A stretch of DNA of 64,000 nucleotides from Promethearchaeota archaeon (GCA_048940925.1 JBHLOC010000017.1:22636-86635); one strand, 5' to 3'; numbered from the stretch's first letter, positions 1 to 10,242 are shown. Notes: generated from the letters alone by a model not told the origin. Translations and numbers: made by a program.

Positions 1-36
1 TGCGGCGAGTGTGGAGTAATCTGGCGAGAAAAATAG
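1..36 (+). CDS. 3' end of a CDS truncated by the window edge (...CGECGVIWREK*), probably a C-terminal Zn ribbon
   Basis: Frame 1 reads CGECGVIWREK-stop and is followed by a T-rich tract. It resembles the C-terminus of 5617..5958. Confidence 0.6.
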   Translation, partial: CGECGVIWREK

Positions 37-147
37 CCCTAAAATTAAAATTTTGTTTAACTTTTATTTTCTTTTTTTAAATTAGTTAAGAAGTTTAATG
101 TTAGATTAAAAATTATTAACAATAATAATTAATTTCAAAAAACAAGT

Positions 148-273
148 TCAATTTTCCAATAATCGAGGCTTCACGTTAAAAATAATCTCGCAGTCGCAGT
201 ATTCTCCATATTATTGACAAAACTCAAAAAATCTTAACAATATACCTTTTTTATTATAATTATAATTTATCAT
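148..273 (-). pseudogene. Remnant of a DUF2695-like small protein
   Basis: Minus strand reads ...FFEFCQ*YGEYCDCEIIFNVKPRLLEN*. The GxYCDCE(I/V)xxNV motif is typical of DUF2695. There is an in-frame TAA and the N-terminus is missing. Confidence 0.5.
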
Positions 274-319
274 AAAAAAATGATTACAAGTATATCATAC
301 TAATAAGTGAATAAGGAAA

Positions 320-1540
320 ATGAGTGAAACTCGCACTTCTTTTGATTTTGATCAAGTCATTGATCGAACGAAATCTAATTCAACAAAATGGGATAAGAAG
401 GTTTTAGAAAAAGGTTTTGGTGATCCTGACCTATTACCTCTTTGGGTAGCTGATATGGATTTTAAAGCACCGCAACCTATAATCGAAAAATTAGTTAAAA
501 CAGCTGAATATGGGATATTTGGCTATTCAATTATTCCTCCTTCATTTTTTGCATCAGTTCTAAGTTGGTTCAAGAGACGCTATGGGTGGGATATAGAAAA
601 AGAATGGTTAACTCAAACTCCTGGTGTTATACCAGCTTTAGATGTTACCGTTAATGCTTTTTGTAATTCTGGTGATAAAGTGATTGTGCAAAATCCTGTT
701 TACTATCCTTTTTATCCTGTCATTGAAAATAATGGGTGTGGAATCCTTCTAAATCCATTAAAGTTTTCTAATAACCATTATACAATGGATTTTGAAGATC
801 TAGAGAAAAAAGTCAAAGATCCAAGGGCTAAAATGATAATTATATGCAATCCACATAATCCAGTAGGACGTGTATGGACTAAGGAAGAATTGAAGCATCT
901 TGGGGAAATTTGTATTAAAGAGGATATTTTAATCGTCTCAGACGAAATTCATTGTGATTTAATTTTTCCTGGATATAAAATCACAAATTTTGCTACTCTA
1001 AATGATGAATTCGCCCAAAACTCAATTACGTGTACTTCTTCAAGTAAAAGTTTTAATCTAGCTGGACTAAAAATATCGAATATTGTGATTCCAAACCAAA
1101 AAATACGTCAAACATTTAAAAATACCCAAGCAAATTTTGGAGTCGGTAGACCTAACATTTTTGCTGTAGCAGCGATGGAAACTGCATATGAAAATGAAAT
1201 TTGTGAGAATTGGTTAGATGCTCTATTGCAATATCTTAAAGGAAACCTAAATTTTTTAAAAGCATTTATTAAAAAAAATCTCCCACAAATAAAAATAATA
1301 GAACCTGAGGGGACTTATCTTGTTTGGCTTGATTTTCGAGAATTAGGATTAGAGCACAAAAAGTTGGAAAAATTTATGAGAGAAAAAGCAAAAGTAGCGC
1401 TAGATGAAGGTTATATTTTTGGTCAGGGCGGGGAAGGATTTGAAAGGATCAATATTGCATGCCCTAAATCAATCTTAAAAGAAGCCCTTAATAGAATTAC
1501 AGACGCAATAGTTAATATGGAAAAAAAAGGAAGAATATAA
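320..1540 (+). CDS. patB: MalY/PatB-family PLP-dependent C-S lyase / aminotransferase
   Basis: Motifs LWVADMDF, CNPHNPVGRVW, SDEIHCD, SKSFNLAG (PLP Lys), EGTYLVWLD and RINIACP. Confidence 0.9.
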   Translation: MSETRTSFDFDQVIDRTKSNSTKWDKKVLEKGFGDPDLLPLWVADMDFKAPQPIIEKLVKTAEYGIFGYSIIPPSFFASVLSWFKRRYGWDIEKEWLTQTPGVIPALDVTVNAFCNSGDKVIVQNPVYYPFYPVIENNGCGILLNPLKFSNNHYTMDFEDLEKKVKDPRAKMIIICNPHNPVGRVWTKEELKHLGEICIKEDILIVSDEIHCDLIFPGYKITNFATLNDEFAQNSITCTSSSKSFNLAGLKISNIVIPNQKIRQTFKNTQANFGVGRPNIFAVAAMETAYENEICENWLDALLQYLKGNLNFLKAFIKKNLPQIKIIEPEGTYLVWLDFRELGLEHKKLEKFMREKAKVALDEGYIFGQGGEGFERINIACPKSILKEALNRITDAIVNMEKKGRI

Positions 1541-1682
1541 GTGAAGTAGATTTTTTTGGAGGATTTCCATATCTCATGCGATTTAAACGAAAATTAAAAG
1601 CAAATAAAAAGTAATATTATCCAAATTTTAAACCAAAAATATTATATAAAAATTTAAGAGTAAAATAGATTTCAAAATTTAT

Positions 1683-2744
1683 TTAAGGTTTTTGTAAATC
1701 CCTGCGCATTAGTTTTATCTTTTTCTTTAATTCGATAATTTCATTATTTTTTTCTTGTATTTCAGTTTCAAATTTCAGCTTTTCATCTTTAATCTCTTGA
1801 ATTTCATTCACTACACTTTCTTTTGCTTGTTTATATTCTTCAAGATCGCTTCTTATTTTAAGGGAATTTTCTTTTAAGGTTTTAATTTCATCATCCTTAC
1901 TATCTACTAGATTTCTCAAATTTGCTAATTCCAATTCAAATTTACCTGTTAAGTTACCAGCTTTTCTATGAGCTTCTTCTAATTTTTCTTCAAGACGATT
2001 TACTAATTCCGTATTAGTAATATTTTTTTGCTTAAGTTCTTCTACCTCAACAGCTAATTCTTTATTTCTTTCGCTTTTTTTTTCAAGATCTTTTTTCATT
2101 AAGCTAAAAGTCTCTATTTCTTGCTCAAGTTCTTGAATACGTTGACTTCCTGCTTTTAATTTATTTTCAAGAGTGAAAATTAATTTTTCCTTTTCAGTAA
2201 TGATTTCATCCTTTTTTTCGAGTAATACTTGAACTTTTTCAAATTTCGATTTTTGAATTGTATCGCTTTCAAGGTATTGGAGCTGTTCTTGCAATTCACT
2301 AATTTGAGCATCTTTTTGAGTTTGAGAACCCTCAATCTGAGAATTCAACTCTTTAATTTTCTCAATTTGATCATTTATAATTTTTTCTGATTTCTGAGAT
2401 TGTTCCTCAAGAACAGCACCTAACTGTTCTATTTCATCATTTTTTCTTTCGATTGTCTCATATAATTTTTGGATTGCTTGGTTATGATCAGGTTTATCTT
2501 CAAGTTGGGTGGATATTTCTTGAACTTTTTCCTCCAGATCAGATATCATTTTATCTTTTGCAGATATTTCTGCAACTAACTTTTTATTTTCTTCTCTAAA
2601 GAAATTTAGCTGTTCCGCTAAATCTTCATCAGTTGCTAAAGTTTCTCCCTCTTCCTCCTTTTCTTCTACCCAACCCAGCGTCGATAAAGCATCCACAATT
2701 GACTTATCATCTTCTTCTTCGTGTTCTTCTCGTTCATCTGACAT
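1683..2744 (-). CDS. Long coiled-coil protein with an acidic N-terminus
   Basis: E/K/Q/L-rich heptad pattern over ~300 aa with no catalytic motif. AGTGAT RBS upstream. Confidence 0.8.
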   Translation of the reverse strand: MSDEREEHEEEDDKSIVDALSTLGWVEEKEEEGETLATDEDLAEQLNFFREENKKLVAEISAKDKMISDLEEKVQEISTQLEDKPDHNQAIQKLYETIERKNDEIEQLGAVLEEQSQKSEKIINDQIEKIKELNSQIEGSQTQKDAQISELQEQLQYLESDTIQKSKFEKVQVLLEKKDEIITEKEKLIFTLENKLKAGSQRIQELEQEIETFSLMKKDLEKKSERNKELAVEVEELKQKNITNTELVNRLEEKLEEAHRKAGNLTGKFELELANLRNLVDSKDDEIKTLKENSLKIRSDLEEYKQAKESVVNEIQEIKDEKLKFETEIQEKNNEIIELKKKIKLMRRDLQKP

Positions 2745-2779
2745 ATTATTAAAATCACTATTTTTTCTATTAAATTTTT

Positions 2780-3241
2780 TTATTCCTTATTAACCATGTA
2801 TTTATTAAATACATATTTCCTATCAAGAAAAAATTTTGTTAAATAACCTATTGATAATGCAATTATAAAGCTAATTTCTAATGTAGTGTTTACAAAGTTT
2901 GTTAAAAGGAATTGAATTCCAATATTTTCAATAGTGGTTAAAATAGCAAATCCGAAGTATTTTATGAATTGTATTGATGTTTCTTTTAATTTTTTTTCAG
3001 TATGTTTAAAGACCATGAATTTGTCAAGAAAAAATTTAATAATATAAGTAATTCCAACTGCAACAATGGACCCAATCAATTGAGGCATATTAAATGGACT
3101 TGTAGAGCAATATAAAAGCTGGATAAAATCGATATTTCCATAATTCTCACAAATAAGCTGAGTAAAAAACAATTGGTTTGATTTTTGGATTAAATAATTC
3201 AATAAGATCATTAAGGCAGCGAATAAAAAATATAATATCAT
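2780..3241 (-). CDS. GtrA-family membrane protein (lipid-linked glycan flippase-like)
   Basis: Four hydrophobic segments, KFFLDKFMVF and KFFLDRKYVF repeats, and QFIKYFGF. Confidence 0.8.
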   Translation of the reverse strand: MILYFLFAALMILLNYLIQKSNQLFFTQLICENYGNIDFIQLLYCSTSPFNMPQLIGSIVAVGITYIIKFFLDKFMVFKHTEKKLKETSIQFIKYFGFAILTTIENIGIQFLLTNFVNTTLEISFIIALSIGYLTKFFLDRKYVFNKYMVNKE

Positions 3242-3284
3242 TTGTCTTCTGATATCATTATTCTCAATCGTTTTTTAACACCTT

Positions 3285-3569
3285 TTAATTATCTTTTAAT
3301 TTTACTCCACAATGATAGCAAAATTTAACACCATTTAAGGCGATTTTTCCCCCACATTTAGGGCATGTGCTAATTTGTAAATCTTGATTGGTAATGGGTT
3401 TAGATTCAATATTTTTTGAACTTGATTTTCTAAATTTGTTAGACTTAAACGAAAAAGGTAAAAAACAAATTATCGGAATAAAGAAAAAGAAATCAACTAC
3501 GAATGATAAAACTAAGAACACCACAAATAAAGCTACAAAAAATAAGTTAAGCAAAATCTTGTGTTTCAT
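3285..3569 (-). CDS. Small membrane protein with a C-terminal zinc ribbon
   Basis: Hydrophobic N-terminus, then CPKCG...FCYHCG. Confidence 0.8.
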   Translation of the reverse strand: MKHKILLNLFFVALFVVFLVLSFVVDFFFFIPIICFLPFSFKSNKFRKSSSKNIESKPITNQDLQISTCPKCGGKIALNGVKFCYHCGVKLKDN

Positions 3570-3634
3570 AAGGAAAAGTGCGATACATATTAATTATTAT
3601 GGAAAAATAAATATCAATTTTAAATTGAATCATT

Positions 3635-4243
3635 TTAATTTTGGATCCGTTTTTTCCAACTATTTTTTTCTTCAGGTCTATTTTTTTCCTGTATACTTCT
3701 AGAAGTATCACCTGTCATTGGTAAAGTGAAACCTGATCTTTGAGGGGAAGGAGACATTATTTGCATTAACTCTCGTAAATCTTTTTGAGTTCTTATTTCC
3801 TTACCAGTGAGTTTCTTATAAAGTATTTTCATGCCGTATGCTATTAATGAAATAGATATTGAAAAAATAAAATAAAGGGCAAGCCATCCGCTCCCGAAAA
3901 ACAAAAGTGGGAAAGGTAATAATCCACTGCCATAATCAGTATATATAGCACCAAGAACAAAAATGATTCCAAAAAAAATTGCACATCTTAAAAATAAAGG
4001 AACAATTTGCTTTACCATCATCTGTTTAGTGAGTTTTAAAGTTTCTCGTTGTAATTGTAACATGAGTTGAGCATCACCTAACACCTGGGCATTTTTCATG
4101 CGTTCTTGTAGATTTAAAGCTTTTCCTCTAAACTCTTTTATTGTTTCTTTACGTATTCCTAAAATTGTATTAAGAAAGATTCCAAAAATGAACATCCCAA
4201 TGGTTATAAATAGAATTTGAAGTATAACTGCTACGTTCGACAT
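3635..4243 (-). CDS. DUF106 / EMC3-TMCO1-like (Oxa1 superfamily) membrane protein
   Basis: TM1, then a cytoplasmic Met/Gln-rich coiled hairpin, TM2, LPFPL...GWLALYFIFS and TM3. This is the archaeal DUF106 architecture. Confidence 0.75.
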   Translation of the reverse strand: MSNVAVILQILFITIGMFIFGIFLNTILGIRKETIKEFRGKALNLQERMKNAQVLGDAQLMLQLQRETLKLTKQMMVKQIVPLFLRCAIFFGIIFVLGAIYTDYGSGLLPFPLLFFGSGWLALYFIFSISISLIAYGMKILYKKLTGKEIRTQKDLRELMQIMSPSPQRSGFTLPMTGDTSRSIQEKNRPEEKNSWKKRIQN

Positions 4244-4334
4244 AAAATATTCACAATATTTGGAAAAAATATATTTTTAATAAAATTTTTGAAATTTTAC
4301 ATATATTTATTATATTTCTCTCATTAGCACATAA

Positions 4335-5351
4335 TCATCTTAAATTTCCATCTAAGAATCCTCTTATATATTTAGAATAGAGTGTCTTCCAACGCGTTGG
4401 AATTGATGATGCTATAGCGCATCCTAAACGACATTTATTACAAAAACCATAGTTATCATGATTACTCATAATTTCTCTTACCTGTTCTGAATAATAAATA
4501 TCTTTTAAAGGATATTTAAGGGTATTAAAACTTGTTATAGGATGGATCTTACAAGGATAATGAAGAAAACCATCATGGCTGATGAAAAGATATGCTTCAG
4601 CGACATGACATCGTAAAGTCTTTTGATAATATGATGGATTTCCGCCAAATCCCCCTTTCTCAACCACTTCAATACTTATAGGATCTGTTAAAATATTCTT
4701 ATATTCTCTTCTTAAAGCTCTTATTAAATTTGCCCAAATAGAGATATTTGGAATCATATTCTGAATCTCATCAATTTGATAGCGATTATTAGGGAAATCT
4801 CTTATTATATCTTCACAAGGATATAATTCTATAGAAGAGTTTAAATTATTCGCTAATTCAACCATTTCTTTTAAGTACTGAATATTATCTTTCATGACCA
4901 CCGTGCTGATTATTGTCTTTATGTTATTCTTATTTGCAAGTTCAATAGATTCTAATACTCTATCAAAAACTTTAATTCCTCGCGTCTTATCGTGGAGTTC
5001 TGCATTAGGATAATCAAGAGACAATAAAATATAATCCAAACCTTCTAATTTCTTCTCTTTAAAAAGTCTTGGTAAAAGATATCCATTAGTAGCTATCCCG
5101 TTCATAAAACCATGTACTACTCCAGTGTGATATATAAGTTCTGGGAGATCTTTTCTTAAAGTAGGTTCACCACCCGTAAATGATAACGCTAAGACGCCCA
5201 AATCAGCAATTTGGTCAATTAGAAATTTGATTTGTGGAGTAGTCATATCTTTACCTAAAATTTGTTCTGGTAAGGTATGTATTGAGCAAAATGGACATTT
5301 CCCATTACATCGAAGTGTTAGTTCAATTTGAGCAGAATAAGGAATTTTCAT
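4335..5351 (-). CDS. Radical SAM protein with a C-terminal SPASM/Twitch-like Cys cluster
   Basis: CNGKCPFC (CxxxCxxC), TGGEP, TNGYLL and C-terminal C...PC...CNKCRLGC. Confidence 0.9.
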   Translation of the reverse strand: MKIPYSAQIELTLRCNGKCPFCSIHTLPEQILGKDMTTPQIKFLIDQIADLGVLALSFTGGEPTLRKDLPELIYHTGVVHGFMNGIATNGYLLPRLFKEKKLEGLDYILLSLDYPNAELHDKTRGIKVFDRVLESIELANKNNIKTIISTVVMKDNIQYLKEMVELANNLNSSIELYPCEDIIRDFPNNRYQIDEIQNMIPNISIWANLIRALRREYKNILTDPISIEVVEKGGFGGNPSYYQKTLRCHVAEAYLFISHDGFLHYPCKIHPITSFNTLKYPLKDIYYSEQVREIMSNHDNYGFCNKCRLGCAIASSIPTRWKTLYSKYIRGFLDGNLR

Positions 5352-5616
5352 ATTAGTGAAATTATTTAAAAAGAAATTCCTTACATATTGAATCCACTTT
5401 TTAACTCTCCATTTAGGAATTTAGTAGAACACCATCATTTCTGATTCGAACTTTTATAAGAAACTGTAAACATGTTAATGTTAAAAATCTATATATTTTT
5501 ATATATAATTTATGTTTATAATAATTTCTTATTAGACCTGGGATAGAATCTAAATAAATAAAAAAAATAAAGAGACATTTTATTTACCAATCTATTAGTT
5601 CGGAAAGTTTAGGACT

Positions 5617-5958
5617 TTACATTTCTTTTCCGCAAGAACGACATACATATTTCTTTGCATATATCTTAACACCGCCCATTTGATGTAAAACCTGTGTTTT
5701 ATCTTCTACTGCGTTAAAAGAGGTCCCACCACAATCTGGACAAACTCTCCTACCTTCAACAGGTGGTTTTTCTTTTAATTTTGCTTCCTCCTCTTGTTTT
5801 TCAACAATTGCAGAAGGTTTAATAGTTGTAGAGGGTGTGGATGATACTAATACTGTACTAGCTGAACTTCCTACAGTTGTATCAACTTTTAAAACTCTAT
5901 CAAGTTTACTATTAATCTCTTCAAGTAATTTTAAAACCTTCTGTTCAAATTCAGACAA
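5617..5958 (-). CDS. Small protein: N-terminal helix, Ser/Thr linker, C-terminal Zn ribbon
   Basis: RRVCPDCGG...KKYVCRSCG. AGAGGAG RBS before the TTG start. Confidence 0.8.
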   Translation of the reverse strand: MSEFEQKVLKLLEEINSKLDRVLKVDTTVGSSASTVLVSSTPSTTIKPSAIVEKQEEEAKLKEKPPVEGRRVCPDCGGTSFNAVEDKTQVLHQMGGVKIYAKKYVCRSCGKEM

Positions 5959-6084
5959 AATACATCTCCTCTAAAATTTTAAACAATGAATTTATCTTTT
6001 AGTAATTAATCTTAATTTGGTTTTATATATTTTAGTAAAAGAAAAGTTAATAATTACTCAATATAAGAAGAATTTAAAAAATTT

Positions 6085-6543
6085 TTAATCCCCTCTTCTA
6101 TACTTATCACTCTTTTCAAGATAATCAAGAATTGATTCTCTTAGTTCCACTGCCGGAGCAATGAATTTAGTTTTTTCAATATAGGAAATTGCATCTCTCC
6201 AACTCCATCTTGGGTTTTTTTTTAATAACCATGCAACAATTATCCCTGGACTTCTTGAGATACCCATTGAACAATGAACTAAAACTTTTCCTCCATTATT
6301 TAGATGCAAATCGATGAAAGTCAAGATTTCTTCCAGATAATCATGTGATAAATATGAATCATCAGCAAAACCCTTATGCAAATATGAAAAGCCTAAATAG
6401 GTAGGATCATAAAGGTTTTCTTCCATTAAATTAACGATAGTAGTTATTCCAATTTCTTTTAGTTTTCTAAAGTTCAATTTTGGCCAATAGGCACCTAGGT
6501 ACAAATTCTCATGAACTTTGTAGATCTTATCTAGTTCTGGAAT
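6085..6543 (-). CDS. Dual-specificity protein phosphatase; probably starts at ATT 6543 (ORF track uses TTG 6504)
   Basis: HCSMGISRS CX5R P-loop. The frame stays open upstream as IPELDKIYKVHENLYLG, a typical DSP N-terminus, back to an ATT preceded by AAGGT. Confidence 0.85.
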   Translation of the reverse strand: MPELDKIYKVHENLYLGAYWPKLNFRKLKEIGITTIVNLMEENLYDPTYLGFSYLHKGFADDSYLSHDYLEEILTFIDLHLNNGGKVLVHCSMGISRSPGIIVAWLLKKNPRWSWRDAISYIEKTKFIAPAVELRESILDYLEKSDKYRRGD

Positions 6544-6671
6544 CTAAAACTACCTTATTATAAGTATAAACCACTTTAATTTGATAAATAAAAAAAAAGA
6601 ATCTAAAATTATGGTTTTGCAACATTCACCTCTGAAAAAATTATTATATTTTATTGCATTTTGAATCCTTT

Positions 6672-7832
6672 TTATTTTAGTTTTTCATAAAGACCTTTTT
6701 GGATAATATATTTCATAATTTCATCTGTGCCTCCCCCTATTCGCGATAATCTAATGTCTCGAAGGCATCTCTCAATGGGATACTTATTGGTATAACCAAT
6801 TCCTCCCAACACCTGTAAAGCATCATCGCATATCTTAAAAGCATTGGTACACGAAAAAAGTTTTGCCATTGCCGCAAGAACACCATCATTCATGTTTTGT
6901 ATAGATTTTTGAACCAATGCTTTTCCTGCTTCATAATTAGTAGCCATTTCTGCGATTTTGAAACTAATCCCTTCAAACTCACATATAGGCCTATTAAACT
7001 GAACTCGTTCTCTTGAATAATGAATAGCTTCGTCTAGTGCTCTCTTCGCAACACTAGCTGCTTGTAAAGCCATTATAGCTCTTTCAGGAGCAAGAAATTG
7101 CTGCATAATTGATATTGCTTCGGTTCTCCTCTTCTTGGTGCCCTCTGTAGAAGGTTTAGACTCTCTATAAAAAAGTTCATTCTCTTTCGGGACTCTAACA
7201 TTGTTAAATTTCAAATGTCCAAGATGGAGCCCATGGAGACCCATCATCGAATATTCTTCTATAACTTCGAAACCATCCCAATCTGATTGAACAATAAATG
7301 CACCATTTCGTGCATATACAACAAGGATGTCTGCTATACTTCCATTGACTATGAATCTCTTTTCTCCGTTAAGAATGAATTCATCATTATCCTCATCTTT
7401 TTCATACTTTGTTTTCATCCTTGAAAGATCACTACCTGCATCAGGTTCAGTAAAACAGAATGAACCAATTTGTTCTCCCTTTACTAGCGGATCAATATAT
7501 TTTCTAAGTATTTCTGTTTTCCTAAACGTTCGAATTAAAGATGCGGGATAGGTAGACGATCCTCTACTCATATCCATAGGATAACTTTGATAACAAAGTG
7601 CTTCAACCATCAGAAGTTCTTGAGTAATGGAGCCTCCACGACCACCAAATTTTTTCGGATATGTGACTCCTATTAATCCATGCTTTCCAAGTCGACGAAG
7701 TACATCCCAGATATCGGTTTTTCCTTGTTCAACCTCATCAACATAAGGAATAACCTCATTTGAAATTATTTTATCAATTTCTTCCTTAAATAATAAATCT
7801 TTATCACTCAAATTAGGAATAATACTTTCCAT
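6672..7832 (-). CDS. Acyl-CoA dehydrogenase
   Basis: FCFTEPDAGSD, LNGEKRFI, RVQFNRPI, QVLGGIGY and IGGGTDEI. Confidence 0.92.
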   Translation of the reverse strand: MESIIPNLSDKDLLFKEEIDKIISNEVIPYVDEVEQGKTDIWDVLRRLGKHGLIGVTYPKKFGGRGGSITQELLMVEALCYQSYPMDMSRGSSTYPASLIRTFRKTEILRKYIDPLVKGEQIGSFCFTEPDAGSDLSRMKTKYEKDEDNDEFILNGEKRFIVNGSIADILVVYARNGAFIVQSDWDGFEVIEEYSMMGLHGLHLGHLKFNNVRVPKENELFYRESKPSTEGTKKRRTEAISIMQQFLAPERAIMALQAASVAKRALDEAIHYSRERVQFNRPICEFEGISFKIAEMATNYEAGKALVQKSIQNMNDGVLAAMAKLFSCTNAFKICDDALQVLGGIGYTNKYPIERCLRDIRLSRIGGGTDEIMKYIIQKGLYEKLK

Positions 7833-7984
7833 GCTACCTCATTTTATATATTTTTTTAAGAGTGTATTTCCTATTCATCTATTTACCTTATTTTCATAAA
7901 ATTAAAAACATTTTCTAGATAGTTGATATATAAATTATAAACTTCAACCATACAAATACAAAAAAGTACAAACTGATGTAAAAA

Positions 7985-9004
7985 ATGTTTGATAGCTCTC
8001 ATTGTGCTGACTGTAAGAATGTGGATTGTTTAACCCGTTGTCAGTGGATTGATATTGATAAGGAAACTGCAAGAAGTGAAATGAAGAATATGATTAATTG
8101 TGAAGATTCATTTGTATTAAAGGAATGTACTACATGCTTTGCCTGTGATGAATATTGCCCATATAATTCACATCCCTTCGATTTAATAGCAGAATTACAA
8201 GAAAAATTCAATACATTTGAAATAACTCCACAGATCTTAGAAAGAACAATCAAGATTTATAAACCCCATGATGAATTACGATTAAAAGAAATTGATCCTG
8301 AAAAACCAGTTTTAAATAAATGTGCTTTTCCGAGAACAAACGCTAAAAATATGGAGGGTCAGTTATTTGAAAATTTGCAATATGTTAGTGGACTCTCTTA
8401 TTTTTGTAATTTAGTATATCATCATTACGCTAAAGACTCTATTATCAAAGAAAGAGCTCCAATAATATTAGATAACATTAGAAAACAAGGTATTAAGGAA
8501 ATGATTTGTTTTCATGATGAATGTTATGGATTTTACACCTCATATTGTCCCCGCAATAATATAGAACTTCCAAAAGATTTCAAACCGATTCATATCTATG
8601 AATATCTTTATAATTATTTAAAAGACCATGAATCAGAAATTACAAAACTTGGTATGAAGATAGCATATCAAAGATCTTGTTCTAATCGATTCATACCTGA
8701 AACCGAGAAATGGGTGGATAAAATCTTTGATTTGATTGGAGTTGAACGCTTGGCTCGAAAATATGACCGGGAAAACGCTCTATGTTGCGCAGCAGCATTT
8801 CCTACACTTGGAAAAGCTAATCTAGTAAGACCTACTCAAAATAAAAATGTTAGCGATATGATTGATTATGGGGCTGAAGCATGTATTTTTTGTTGCCCAA
8901 TGTGTCAAGAATCATTGGGATCTAAAGTCCAGAGAAAAGGATTAAAATCTTATCTGTTAAGTGACTTATGTAGACTGTCTCTCGGTGAAGAATTGGACTA
9001 TTAA
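7985..9004 (+). CDS. (Fe-S)-binding protein with CCG-like domain (HdrD/GlpC family)
   Basis: CTTCFACDEYCP ferredoxin motif, YQRSC, ALCCAA and CCPMC. Confidence 0.85.
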   Translation: MFDSSHCADCKNVDCLTRCQWIDIDKETARSEMKNMINCEDSFVLKECTTCFACDEYCPYNSHPFDLIAELQEKFNTFEITPQILERTIKIYKPHDELRLKEIDPEKPVLNKCAFPRTNAKNMEGQLFENLQYVSGLSYFCNLVYHHYAKDSIIKERAPIILDNIRKQGIKEMICFHDECYGFYTSYCPRNNIELPKDFKPIHIYEYLYNYLKDHESEITKLGMKIAYQRSCSNRFIPETEKWVDKIFDLIGVERLARKYDRENALCCAAAFPTLGKANLVRPTQNKNVSDMIDYGAEACIFCCPMCQESLGSKVQRKGLKSYLLSDLCRLSLGEELDY

Positions 9005-9084
9005 AGGAGTTTTAAAAAAAGATTAAGAATTTTATATTTTTAAATTTAAATTAATAAAAAATAAAATTTGATTATTAACTTATT

Positions 9085-10116
9085 TTAGTCATAAATTTTT
9101 CCAGCTCTTCCTTGAGGGAGCTTCTCACCTAACGCTTCCCTTACTAAATTACTTAGGAAATATGGTTCTAAACCTTCGGCTTGAGCTTTGCTCCTTAAGT
9201 AGAGACAACAAATTGGGCAGAGAAACACCATTGCCTCGGCACCAGCTTGTTTAGCATCACTGATATTCATTTTCCAATATTTATCATTAGGAGAAATAAC
9301 TGCTGTGCAACAGAGCGCCCTTTCACGATCATATTTTCTATCTACGCGTTCAACACCCAATAATTCAAATAACTCATCGAGCATTTTATCTTTTTTCCTA
9401 AAAGCATCCCATCCTATACGTGATGCACAGGGTTGCTGATACGCGATTTTCATATTTAATTTCTCTATTTTATTGAGGTTTTCCTTGACATAATCTCGGA
9501 GATATTCAATTATATGAACATAATTAAATGGTACTTCCACTCCAAAATCCTTTGCATAATGCTCTAGCATCATATAACAATCATCGTGGAAACAAATTAG
9601 ATAATTGTCATCGGAAATAACCTTTGCAACGTTATCAATGAATTTCTGGGCATTCTCTCTAACCATACTTGGTAATCCTGCGTGGTATCCGCCAATTTGG
9701 CAAAAATAATCCCCTCCTTGAATAATAGTTAATCCCTCGAACAATTGACCTTCAATCGCTCCCTTAATTAAATTTACTGTACAAAGATTCATTATAGGTT
9801 TGCTAGGATCTCCCTTTCTTATAGATGATGGAGCAGAATTAGCGAATTTCATTTGACTAGCTGCACGTTCACCACCGATAAATGTTCCTGTTTCTTCCAT
9901 TCGCCTGCTTATGAGATCAAAGGGATCTGCATTTTCAGGGCAATACATTGTGCACGCACAACATGTGATACATTCTGATGTTATAGGAGTTGGTTCACCT
10001 TTTATTAATTTCTCAAATTCTTCTTTTGCTTTTTCCTCTGAATAGTTCATATAATAACAGTTTGTTAAACAAGCTATTCCACATGTATCTCTCTTACACT
10101 TTTCTTCTAAAAACAT
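9085..10116 (-). CDS. (Fe-S)-binding CCG-like protein, paralog of 7985..9004
   Basis: CITCCACTMYCP, ICFHDDCY, YQQPC, RKYDRERALCC and CPICC. Confidence 0.85.
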   Translation of the reverse strand: MFLEEKCKRDTCGIACLTNCYYMNYSEEKAKEEFEKLIKGEPTPITSECITCCACTMYCPENADPFDLISRRMEETGTFIGGERAASQMKFANSAPSSIRKGDPSKPIMNLCTVNLIKGAIEGQLFEGLTIIQGGDYFCQIGGYHAGLPSMVRENAQKFIDNVAKVISDDNYLICFHDDCYMMLEHYAKDFGVEVPFNYVHIIEYLRDYVKENLNKIEKLNMKIAYQQPCASRIGWDAFRKKDKMLDELFELLGVERVDRKYDRERALCCTAVISPNDKYWKMNISDAKQAGAEAMVFLCPICCLYLRSKAQAEGLEPYFLSNLVREALGEKLPQGRAGKIYD

Positions 10117-10242
10117 ATTTTTTCCTTTTTCTAATCTAATTTTAATTTATTTTATGTGTATTTCTATTTTAATTAAATTTATATATCATTTTTTTTAATT
10201 GTTTTCGCTTTTATGTTTCCAATTATTTATGAATTTCAACTT

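Noticed and set aside
5381-5473. Minus-strand frame MFTVSYKSSNQK-TGA-WCSTKF..., considered as a possible selenoprotein
   Set aside because: No recognisable selenoprotein family, RBS or SECIS-like element. Chance is more likely.
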